NCBI GenBank assembly: GCA_024277355.1
Contig: JAJRVL010000001.1
Coordinates: 30,001-62,000, forward strand
DNA from: an archaeon
Lineage (GTDB): Archaea; Iainarchaeota; Iainarchaeia; Iainarchaeales; 1-14-0-10-31-34
Direction: 5' to 3'
DNA: 32,000 bases
Positions 18,990-27,079 of the stretch are shown in pieces. The position numbers and the translations under genes were made by a program. The notes below the pieces were generated by a model. That model was given only the letters and a program-made list of their open reading frames with translations, made no database searches and was not told the origin of the DNA. The stretch's first letter is position 1. Each line of letters starts with the position of its first letter.

Positions 18990-19862
18990 TTAAATTAAAT
19001 TCTTAATAAATGAAAGAACATCTTTTCTTGTGTCATCTCTGGCTAAAGAATAAATTAATGCAGCTTTTAAGTAATTTAATTCATCTCCTACAGTAAGCCA
19101 TTTTCCTTCAATTTCGTGAGCCATAACTTTATCAATTTCATTTAAAACTTTTAATGCATCAGTTAACTGCAATTCATTTCCTTTACCAAAAGGAATTTCT
19201 TCAAGAATTCCAAAAACTTCAGGTTTAAGCAGATATCTTCCAACAATAGCAAGATTAGATGGAGCTTTGTTTGCAGGAGGTTTTTCAACCATTCCTTTAA
19301 CAACAATATCTCCTTGTTCTTTTTTGTATTTAATTACCCCATAACTTGAAACTTCTTTTTTTGAAACAGGAGCAACACATAAAACAGAAGCATTATGCCT
19401 GTTATAAATATCAATTAAATGCTTTAATTCAGGTTTTCTTGATAAAATTAAGTCATCCCCTAATAAAACAGCAAAAGGTTCTCCTCCAATATGTTTTTTT
19501 GCACATAAAACTGCATGCCCTAAACCTAAAGCTTCTTTTTGCCTTATGAAATGAATATCCGCTAAAGCATCAATTTTTTTAAGTTCATTTAAAGTATCTT
19601 TTTTTTGTTTTTTTTCAAGCTTGTCATATAATTCAAGGTTTCTGTCAAAATGGTCTTCAATTGCTCTTTTGTCTTTTCCTGTAACAATAATAATATCATC
19701 AATTCCTGAAGCAACAGCTTCTTCAACTAAATACTGAATTGCAGGTTTATCTACAACAGGAAACATTTCTTTTGGAACAGCTTTAGTTGCAGGCAGAAAT
19801 CTTGTACCTAAACCAGCAGCAGGAATAACAGCTTTTCTTACTTGCTTTAAATCCTTCACCAT
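18990..19862 (-). CDS. galU: UTP-glucose-1-phosphate uridylyltransferase
   Basis: VRKAVIPAAGLGTRFLPATKAVPKEMFPVVDKPAIQYLVEEAVASGIDDIIIVTGKDKRAIEDHFDRNLELY. Confidence 0.93.
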   Translation of the reverse strand: MVKDLKQVRKAVIPAAGLGTRFLPATKAVPKEMFPVVDKPAIQYLVEEAVASGIDDIIIVTGKDKRAIEDHFDRNLELYDKLEKKQKKDTLNELKKIDALADIHFIRQKEALGLGHAVLCAKKHIGGEPFAVLLGDDLILSRKPELKHLIDIYNRHNASVLCVAPVSKKEVSSYGVIKYKKEQGDIVVKGMVEKPPANKAPSNLAIVGRYLLKPEVFGILEEIPFGKGNELQLTDALKVLNEIDKVMAHEIEGKWLTVGDELNYLKAALIYSLARDDTRKDVLSFIKNLI

Positions 19863-21121
19863 AAAAATCCCTTATAATTTAAAGGCTTATTTTTATTAAA
19901 GATATTCCTTCCATCAAAAACAAGTTTATCTTTAAAATCAAGCAAAGAAAATTCTTTCCAGTCAGTTAAAATCAAAACAACATCAGCTAAATCAACTGCT
20001 TTTTGAGAAGAATCAAAATAATTAATTTCAGGGAATTCTTTATTCATGTTTTCTTCTGCTTTAGGATCAACAGCTAAAACTTCAGCTTTTTCTTCTAAAA
20101 GTATTTTAATTACAGGAATTGAACGGCTTTCCCTTATGTCGTCAGTTCCTTCCTTAAAAGCCAAACCTAAAACCGCAATTTTTTTGTTTTTTAATTCAGT
20201 TTCTTTTTTAACAAAATCCACAAAAGTTTTTGGTTGTGTTTCATTAACCTGAATTACAGCATCCAACAAAAAAGTATTTACTCCAAGAGATTTTCCTTCA
20301 GCAATTAAAGCTGTTACATCTTTAGGAAAACAGCTTCCTCCAAAACCTAAGCCTGCATTCAAAAAGAAAGGAGAAATTCGTTTGTCTAATCCAATTCCTT
20401 CAGAAACCTTATAAGTATCAATATCAAGTTTTTTGCAGATTTTACCTATTTCATTAATAAAAGAAATTTTTGCTGCAAGCAAAGAATTAGAAGCATATTT
20501 AATCATTTCAGCTTCAGAAAAATCACAAAAAAACTTTTGAGAAGAAAATTTTCCATAAACTTCTTCCATTACTTTTTTTGTTTCTTCACCCCTTAAACCT
20601 AAAATAATTCTGTCAGGATTCAAGAAATCCTGCAAAGCAAAACCTTCCCTTAAAGTTTCAGGATTCATACACAAACCAAATTCTCCAAGTTTTTTGCCTG
20701 AATTTTTTTCCAGCAAAGGCAAAACAATTTTTTCAGTAGTTGAAGGGATTACAGTGCTTTTAACTACAACAACATGAAAAGAATTTTTTTTAGCCAAAGC
20801 TTTTCCTAGTTCTTCAGAAACAACTTTAATTGCAGTTAAATCACATTTTCCTTTTTCATCACAAGGAGTCCCCACACAAATAAAAGAAACATCTGAATCC
20901 AAAACTGCTTTCTCAAGGTTGTCTGAAGCAGAAAGATTTGAAGGAACTGTCTTGTTTAATGCTTCCTCTAATCCTTTCTCAAAGATTGGAGGAATTTTAG
21001 AATTAATCATTTCAACTTTTTCTTTGTTGTTGTCAACACAAATAACTTTATGATTATTTAATGCTAAACCAACTCCTGTTATTAATCCAACATAACCTGT
21101 TCCAATAACTGAAATATTCAT
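19856..21121 (-). CDS. UDP-glucose / UDP-HexNAc 6-dehydrogenase family
   Basis: MNISVIGTGYVGLITGVGLALNNHKVICVD; VGTPCDEKGKCDL; FSEAEMIKYASNSLLAAKISFINEI; GLGFGGSCFPKDV. ATG at 21121 is the likely start. Confidence 0.9.
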   Translation of the reverse strand: MNISVIGTGYVGLITGVGLALNNHKVICVDNNKEKVEMINSKIPPIFEKGLEEALNKTVPSNLSASDNLEKAVLDSDVSFICVGTPCDEKGKCDLTAIKVVSEELGKALAKKNSFHVVVVKSTVIPSTTEKIVLPLLEKNSGKKLGEFGLCMNPETLREGFALQDFLNPDRIILGLRGEETKKVMEEVYGKFSSQKFFCDFSEAEMIKYASNSLLAAKISFINEIGKICKKLDIDTYKVSEGIGLDKRISPFFLNAGLGFGGSCFPKDVTALIAEGKSLGVNTFLLDAVIQVNETQPKTFVDFVKKETELKNKKIAVLGLAFKEGTDDIRESRSIPVIKILLEEKAEVLAVDPKAEENMNKEFPEINYFDSSQKAVDLADVVLILTDWKEFSLLDFKDKLVFDGRNIFNKNKPLNYKGFLW

Positions 21122-21205
21122 AAAAAACACCCACAAATAGCAATATACTAAACAAGAATAATAAGCTTTTAAAATAAGAATGATGCATATAAGGTAGGAT
21201 AGTGT

Positions 21206-22006
21206 ATGCGGAAAAGAGTTACTATTACAATTAAAGAAGACATCCTTAAACAGGCTGACAGAATAGTTGATGGATTAAGCATCAGGAGCAGAAGTCAGGC
21301 AATAGAATATCTTTTAAGCAAAATTCTGTCTGATTACCGGCTGAAAAATTCTTTAATTCTTGCAGGAGGAAAAGAACCAATTAAAGGAATAAAAACAAGA
21401 TTTTTGCTTGAAATAAACGGCAAAAGCATAATTGAAAAAATAATTGAGTATTTAGAGGAATTTAATACAGGAAAAATTATTGTAAGTTCTGATACAAATA
21501 AAGAATTAATAATAAAAGAATTAAACAAAAAAAAGATTTCAGTGGATTTCCTTGAATTAGAAAAAGCTTCAGGAACAATTGAACCATTAATTAAAATGAA
21601 AAACCAGTTTAAAGACAGTTTTGGAGTAATTCATGGAGACAGTTTATGCAGTTTAAATTTAAATGAAATGCTTTCATTTCATCAATCAAACAAGTCAATT
21701 GCAACAATTGCATTAACAACAGTCAATAACCCAAAAGATTATGGAGTTGCAGTTCTTGAAGGAAATCAAATAAAAAAATTCATTGAAAAACCAAAAAAAG
21801 AAGCTGAAAGTTATCTGATTAACGCAGGATATTATATTTTTGAACCGGAAATATTCAGGCATATTTCAAGAAACATGAAAAGCATTGAAAAAGATTTATT
21901 TCCAAAATTAGCAGAAAAAGGTTTATTAGCAGGATATCCTTTTCAGGGAATTTATGTTAATATTAATTCAAAAAAAGACTATGAAAAAGCAAAAAGGATT
22001 TTATAA
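21206..22006 (+). CDS. Ribbon-helix-helix DNA-binding domain fused to a degenerate sugar nucleotidyltransferase-like domain (paralogue 1)
   Basis: RHH: MRKRVTITIKEDILKQADRIVDGLSIRSRSQAIEYLLSKIL. NTase fold: SLILAGGKEPIKGIKTRFLLEINGKSIIEKIIEYL, VIHGDSL, NPKDYGVAVLEGNQIKKFIEKP, but no GTRxxPLTxxxxKPM signature. Confidence 0.85.
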   Translation: MRKRVTITIKEDILKQADRIVDGLSIRSRSQAIEYLLSKILSDYRLKNSLILAGGKEPIKGIKTRFLLEINGKSIIEKIIEYLEEFNTGKIIVSSDTNKELIIKELNKKKISVDFLELEKASGTIEPLIKMKNQFKDSFGVIHGDSLCSLNLNEMLSFHQSNKSIATIALTTVNNPKDYGVAVLEGNQIKKFIEKPKKEAESYLINAGYYIFEPEIFRHISRNMKSIEKDLFPKLAEKGLLAGYPFQGIYVNINSKKDYEKAKRIL

Positions 22007-22083
22007 AAAAAATTAAGAAAAATGAAATAAAAAAAAATAATTGAAATAAAATAAAAAAAACTAAAAGAATTTTATTTGAACCG

Positions 22084-22896
22084 TCAGAAAAAACTTTCAA
22101 ATAATTCTTTTTCTTCCAAAATTTGTTTTTCTGTTATTCCATTAAAATGCTCTATTATAACAGGAATATCTTTTAACTGCTTTATTGGCTTTAATAATTC
22201 CAGATCTTTTTCTTTTATTGGCTGATGAATTTTTCCGTCAACAGTATTATGTAAATGAATTTCCTTTATTTTTTCAGTAAAATTCATTAACTCTGAATAA
22301 GTATTATCAGTTAAACAATGGCCTAAATCAAAAAGCAAATTTAATGAAGGAAATTTATCAAATACTTTTCCAAAATTTTTGCCGTAAACCAAAGCTTTTT
22401 CTTCATTTGAAGTAATATTTTCAATTGCTAAAGTGAATTGTTTTTCATTTTTTTTAACTGCATAATCCAGTATATCAAACAAATTTTTCCAGCTTTGCTG
22501 AACATCAAGTTTTTTTTCAGTTTTTGTATCCCCTATTCCTCCAATATCTTCATAAGAAACCTCAAACATAAAGCCGGGGTGAAAAGACAAAATTTCAGCT
22601 TTAACTATTTCCCCGAATAAAAAAAAGTCATTAATAATTTCTTTGTTTTGATTAGTTAAACCCAAAGAAGGGTTAAACCAGATTTTTTCTTTCATTGGAG
22701 GAAATAAGCCGTGCAAAGTAAAAATTACATCAGGAAAATTATCCCTGATTTTTTCTGCGGTTTCCTTTAAATTTTCTTCAAAAGAATGCGCTGCACCTAA
22801 TTCAATTGTTTTAAAACCTAAAGAATAAGCTTTTTCAACTGAATCAAAAACTGAAAATTTTCTTGAAGCAAAATAACTCGTACTGATTCCAATCAT
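22084..22896 (-). CDS. Sugar phosphate isomerase/epimerase-like TIM-barrel protein (AP endonuclease 2 family)
   Basis: MIGISTSYFASRKFSVFDSVEKAYSLGFKTIELG; FTLHGLFPPM; LSFHPGFMF; TLAIENITSN; LLFDLGHCL; IKEIHLHNTVDGKIHQP; PVIIEHFNG. Confidence 0.82.
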   Translation of the reverse strand: MIGISTSYFASRKFSVFDSVEKAYSLGFKTIELGAAHSFEENLKETAEKIRDNFPDVIFTLHGLFPPMKEKIWFNPSLGLTNQNKEIINDFFLFGEIVKAEILSFHPGFMFEVSYEDIGGIGDTKTEKKLDVQQSWKNLFDILDYAVKKNEKQFTLAIENITSNEEKALVYGKNFGKVFDKFPSLNLLFDLGHCLTDNTYSELMNFTEKIKEIHLHNTVDGKIHQPIKEKDLELLKPIKQLKDIPVIIEHFNGITEKQILEEKELFESFF

Positions 22897-22934
22897 AAAA
22901 AAATAAATGATAGGTGGTTTTTTAAAGCAATATA

Positions 22935-22951
22935 TTCATAATTTATATGAA
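22935..22951. promoter_or_regulatory. Inverted repeat directly upstream of RHH-nucleotidyltransferase paralogue 2 (candidate operator)
   Basis: TTCATA-ATTTA-TATGAA, perfect 6-bp arms, 5 nt upstream of ATG 22957 and downstream of a TTTAAA TATA-like element at 22921-22926. Confidence 0.45.
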
Positions 22952-22956
22952 AAAGT

Positions 22957-23802
22957 ATGAAGAAAAAAATTGAAAAAGAAAGAGTTACAATTAACATTGA
23001 CTCAAAAATTTTAAAGGAAATTGACACAACAGTTGATGGACATAAAACAAGAAACAGAAGCCATGCAATAGAACATTTAGTGAGAAAAGCCATGAACAAA
23101 GAAGGACTAACAACAGCATTTATTTTAGCCGGAGGAAAAGGAACAAGATTAAAACCTTTAACAGACAAAATAACCAAGCCAATGATTGAAGTAAACGGAA
23201 AACCAATTTTAGGTTATGTAATTGAACTGCTTGCAAAATACAAAATAAAAGAAGTAATTATTGCTTTAGGCTATAAAGGAGAACAAATACAGGAATACTT
23301 TGAAAACGGAGAAAAGTTTGGTTTAAACATCGATTATGTAAGAGAACAAGAACCATTAGGAACAGGCGGGCCTTTAAAGTTAGCAAAAAAATATATTGAA
23401 GAAGAATTTTTAATGTTTAATGGAGATAATTTAACTAATATTAATTTAGATGACATGTATTCATTTCACAAAAAAAACAAAGCTTATACAACTCTTGCAT
23501 TATCTTCAGTTAAAGACCCAAAAAATTTTGGAGTAATTGAATTAGAAGGAAATCAAATAAAAAAATTCATTGAAAAGCCTTCAAATCCTAAATCAAACTT
23601 AATTAATTCAGGAACATATATTCTGAAACCTGAAGTAATTGATATGATTCCAAAAGGATTTTCTTTAATTGAAAAAGATGTTTTTCCTAAGTTAAGCGAA
23701 CAAGGAAAATTATACGGCTATGTTTATAACGGCCAATGGTTTCCAACTGACACAATGGAAAGATATAATACAGCAAAAAAAGAATGGAAAGGAATAATTT
23801 AA
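22957..23802 (+). CDS. Ribbon-helix-helix DNA-binding domain fused to an apparently intact sugar-1-phosphate nucleotidyltransferase (paralogue 2)
   Basis: RHH: KERVTINIDSKILKEIDTTVDGHKTRNRSHAIEHLVRKAM. NTase: FILAGGKGTRLKPLTDKITKPMIEVNGKPILGYVIELL; MFNGDNLTNI; VIELEGNQIKKFIEKP; NGQWFPTDTMERY. Confidence 0.9.
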   Translation: MKKKIEKERVTINIDSKILKEIDTTVDGHKTRNRSHAIEHLVRKAMNKEGLTTAFILAGGKGTRLKPLTDKITKPMIEVNGKPILGYVIELLAKYKIKEVIIALGYKGEQIQEYFENGEKFGLNIDYVREQEPLGTGGPLKLAKKYIEEEFLMFNGDNLTNINLDDMYSFHKKNKAYTTLALSSVKDPKNFGVIELEGNQIKKFIEKPSNPKSNLINSGTYILKPEVIDMIPKGFSLIEKDVFPKLSEQGKLYGYVYNGQWFPTDTMERYNTAKKEWKGII

Positions 23803-23812
23803 AGGTGATTAA

Positions 23813-24796
23813 ATGAAAAAAATATTAATAACAGGAATAAACGGCTTTGTCGGAAGCCATCTAGCTGAATATATAATAAACAACAATTTAGGTGAAGTTT
23901 ATGGAACTTACAGAACAAAAAATGAAGATTTCTCTAATACAAAACAAGTAAGAAAAAAAGTTGAATTAATTGAATGCGACATAACTGATTCTTATTCAGT
24001 TGACAAAACAATAGAAGAAGTAAAACCAGATTATATTTTTCATTTAGCAGCACAGGCTTTTGTTCCAAGTTCATGGAAGTCTCCAATTGAAACATTAAAT
24101 ACAAATATTATTGGTTCATTAAATTTATTTGAAGCAATAAAGAAAAACAATAAAAATATTGTAATTCAAATTGCAGGTTCAAGCGAAGAATATGGATTAG
24201 TAAAAGAAGATGAAGTTCCAATAAAAGAAACAAATCCTTTAAGGCCTTTAAGCCCTTATGGAGTAAGCAAAGTTTCAATGGACTTATTAGGATATCAATA
24301 TCATCAAAGTTATGGGCTTAAAATAATCAGAACCCGTGCTTTCAATCACGAAGGACCAAGAAGAGGAGAATCATATGTTACAAGCAATTTTGCAAAACAA
24401 GTTGCATTAATTGAAGCAGGAGAACAGGAACCATTAGTTAGAGTAGGAAATTTAGAAGCAAAAAGAGATTACACTGACGTAAGAGATATGGTTAGAGCTT
24501 ACTGGCTTGCAGTAGAAAAATGCATTCCTGGAGAAGTATATAATATTGCTTCAGGAAAAGCTTATGTAATTAAATCAATAATAGATATACTTCAAAAATT
24601 AAGTAAAAAAGAATTCAAAGTTGAACAGGATCCAAAAAGATTAAGGCCTTCAGATGTAGAAATCTTATTAGGAGACGCAACTAAATTCAAAAAACAAACA
24701 GGATGGGAACCTGAAATTTCATTTGAAAAAACAATGGAAGACTTGCTGGATTACTGGCGGGAAAAAATCAAATTAAACAACACAAGAAGAGAATAA
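23813..24796 (+). CDS. GDP-mannose 4,6-dehydratase-like SDR
   Basis: ILITGINGFVGSHLAEYI; FHLAAQAFVPSSWKSPIETLNTNI; YGVSKVSMDLLGYQYHQSYGLKIIRTRAFNHEGPRRGESYVTSNFAKQVA; GGTGAT RBS at 23804-23809. Confidence 0.88.
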   Translation: MKKILITGINGFVGSHLAEYIINNNLGEVYGTYRTKNEDFSNTKQVRKKVELIECDITDSYSVDKTIEEVKPDYIFHLAAQAFVPSSWKSPIETLNTNIIGSLNLFEAIKKNNKNIVIQIAGSSEEYGLVKEDEVPIKETNPLRPLSPYGVSKVSMDLLGYQYHQSYGLKIIRTRAFNHEGPRRGESYVTSNFAKQVALIEAGEQEPLVRVGNLEAKRDYTDVRDMVRAYWLAVEKCIPGEVYNIASGKAYVIKSIIDILQKLSKKEFKVEQDPKRLRPSDVEILLGDATKFKKQTGWEPEISFEKTMEDLLDYWREKIKLNNTRRE

Positions 24797-24827
24797 CTAA
24801 ATCTTTTCTTTTCAAATTTGATTTGTT

Positions 24828-25348
24828 ATGGACTTAAAAGAAAAAATAAGAAATATTCCTGATTTTCCTAAAAAAGGAATAATGTTCAGAGACATAACTA
24901 CTTTACTGCAGGATGCAGAAGCAACAAAAAAAGCAGTAAAAGAAATGCTTAAACCATTTGAAAACGAAAAAATTAATGCAGTAATTGGAATAGAAGCAAG
25001 AGGATTTATTTTTGGAGCAATAATGGCATATGAATTAGGAGTTTCTTTTGTTCCTGTAAGAAAACCAGGAAAACTTCCTTTTGAAACAGAAAAAGCAGTT
25101 TATGAAAAAGAATACGGAACAGATGAACTGCAAATACACAAAGATGCAATAAAAAAGGAGACAAAGTTTTAATTGCAGATGATTTACTGGCGGTTGGAGG
25201 AACTTCAAACGCAGTAAAAGAATTAGTTGAAAATTTAGGTGGAGAAATAATTGGTTTTTGTTTTTTAATTGAATTAAGTTTTTTAAACGGAAGAGAAAAA
25301 CTTAAACCGCATAAAATTTTTTCTTTAATTGATTATAATTCAGAGTGA
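24828..25348 (+). CDS. apt: Adenine phosphoribosyltransferase, apparently split by a 1-nt frameshift in an A6 run at 25151-25156
   Basis: MDLKEKIRNIPDFPKKGIMFRDITTLLQ...GIEARGFIFGAIMAYELGVSFVPVRKPGKLPFE...YGTDELQIHKDAIKK. The +1 frame continues [63 protein letters not shown], the canonical PRPP-binding half. Confidence 0.88.
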
Positions 25349-25353
25349 TTAAT

Positions 25354-26127
25354 ATGATTGGATTAATTGGAGGCTCAGGATTTGAAGATCCTGACTTATT
25401 TAAATTAGAAGAAACAAAAAAAGTTTCAAATGAGTATGGAGAAACTTCTTCTCCGTTAAAAATTGGAACAATTGCAGGAAAAAAAGTTGTATTTATTTCA
25501 AGGCATGGAACAAAACATTTAGTTAATCCTTCAAATGTAAATTACCAAGCAAATATTAAAGCATTAAAAGATTTAGGAGTAAAAAAAATTCTGGCTTCTT
25601 CTGCTGTTGGCTCATTAAATGAAAATTTTAAGCCAGGAACATTAGCTTTTACTAATCAGTTTATTGATAGAACAACTAAAAGAATTCAGACTTTTTTTGA
25701 TAAAAAACAAGTCTGTCATATTTCTGTTGCAGATCCTTTCTGCGAAAAACTAAGGAAAAATTTAATTGATTCAGCAAAAGAATTAAACATTGAATTTCAT
25801 GAAAAAGGAACTTGTGTTGTAATTGAAGGCCCAAGGTTTTCAACTAAAGCTGAAAGCCATTTATTCAGGCAATGGAAAGCAGATTTAATTGGAATGACTT
25901 TAGTTCCTGAAGTTGTATTAGCAAGAGAAGCAGAAATTTGTTATGCTAATGTTTCAATGATAACAGATTATGATTCATGGAAAGAACAATCAGTTAATGT
26001 TGAAGAAGTAATGAAAATAATGAAAGAAAATTCAATGAAACTAAAAAATTTAATTAAAACTGTTATTCCAAAAATTTCAGAAAAAGAATGTGAATGCAAT
26101 ACAGCATTAAAGAATGCATTGATTTAA
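25354..26127 (+). CDS. S-methyl-5'-thioadenosine / purine nucleoside phosphorylase family
   Basis: IGLIGGSGFEDPDLF; VVFISRHGTKHLVNPSNVNYQANI; VVIEGPRFSTKAESHLFRQWKADLIGMTLVPEVVLAREAEICYANVSMITDYD. Confidence 0.9.
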   Translation: MIGLIGGSGFEDPDLFKLEETKKVSNEYGETSSPLKIGTIAGKKVVFISRHGTKHLVNPSNVNYQANIKALKDLGVKKILASSAVGSLNENFKPGTLAFTNQFIDRTTKRIQTFFDKKQVCHISVADPFCEKLRKNLIDSAKELNIEFHEKGTCVVIEGPRFSTKAESHLFRQWKADLIGMTLVPEVVLAREAEICYANVSMITDYDSWKEQSVNVEEVMKIMKENSMKLKNLIKTVIPKISEKECECNTALKNALI

Positions 26128-26129
26128 CA

Positions 26130-27020
26130 TCACATTTTTTCAAGTGCAGCAATTCTTTCTTCTACTGGAGGATGAGTATTAAACATTCCTTTAAACCAGG
26201 ATTTATGTTTTTTCTTAAATGGATTAGAAATATATAAATTTTCTGTTGCTTCATTTGCTACTTCTAATGGTTCCTGATCTTTTGAAATTTTTCTTAAAGC
26301 ATCAGCCAACCCTTTAGGATATCTTGTAATTAAGGCGCCGTCAGCGTCAGCTAAAAATTCTCTTTTCCTTGAAATAGCAAACTTGATTATTTGAGCGATA
26401 ACTGGAGTTAAAATTGCTAAAATTAAACCAAAAACAATAAAAGCAATCTGAATGTTTCCGCCTCCTCTTCTGCTTCTTCCTCCGCCCCACAAAAAACTTC
26501 TCAAAATAATATTGCTTAATAACGCAGTGGTTCCAACCATTACAGTAACTAACATCATAAATCTAATATCATAATTTTTTATATGAGACATTTCATGACC
26601 TATTACTCCTTCTAATTCTAATCGGTTTAATCTTTGGACTGCACCTTTAGTTACAACTATTACTGCATGCTCTGGATCTCTGCCTGTAGCAAAAGCATTA
26701 ATTGCCGTGTCATCAATCATATATAATTTTGGTTTAGGTATTCCTGCTGCAATAGCTAAACCTTCAACTGAATTAAATAAATGAGGAAATTCTTTTTCTT
26801 TTACTTCTTTTGCTTTTGAAATTGATAAAACTAATGAATCACTTTTATAAAAAGCAGAAAAAATCATTATTATTGCAATAAAAAAAGCAATAAAAATTCC
26901 AAAATAACCTAAACCAAAAATTTCACTAAAAACCCAGCCTAAAAGTAAATTAAATAAAAAAAAGAAAGCAAACAATAAAATTGAATTTCTCTTGTTTGCT
27001 GCAATTCTGTCATAAATCAT
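26130..27020 (-). CDS. htpX: M48 family zinc metalloprotease HtpX
   Basis: N-terminal TM segments; GVIGHEMSHIKNYDIRFM (HExxH); SRKREFLADADGA; FNTHPPVEERIAAL. Confidence 0.93.
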   Translation of the reverse strand: MIYDRIAANKRNSILLFAFFFLFNLLLGWVFSEIFGLGYFGIFIAFFIAIIMIFSAFYKSDSLVLSISKAKEVKEKEFPHLFNSVEGLAIAAGIPKPKLYMIDDTAINAFATGRDPEHAVIVVTKGAVQRLNRLELEGVIGHEMSHIKNYDIRFMMLVTVMVGTTALLSNIILRSFLWGGGRSRRGGGNIQIAFIVFGLILAILTPVIAQIIKFAISRKREFLADADGALITRYPKGLADALRKISKDQEPLEVANEATENLYISNPFKKKHKSWFKGMFNTHPPVEERIAALEKM

Positions 27021-27079
27021 TTAATCAATAAAATTAAATAACGAAAAAGTATTTAAAAGCTAAATTTAATCTTTCTATT

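Noticed and set aside
19346-19549. 67-aa + strand ORF opposite galU
   Set aside because: Low-complexity, antisense to a conserved enzyme, no start context.
21206-21330. RHH domains considered as antitoxins of a toxin-antitoxin module
   Set aside because: No toxin-like small ORF adjacent; the RHH is fused to an NTase fold and the neighbouring genes are sugar metabolism.
22007-22083. A-rich tract with repeated GAAATAAAA-like units between convergent genes
   Set aside because: Short, low-complexity and typical of a convergent AT-rich intergenic/terminator region; no defined repeat unit.
22893-23177. 94-aa minus-strand ORF spanning the divergent promoter and the start of RHH-nucleotidyltransferase 2
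   Set aside because: Shadow of the strongly supported + strand gene and the intergenic region; no recognisable domain.
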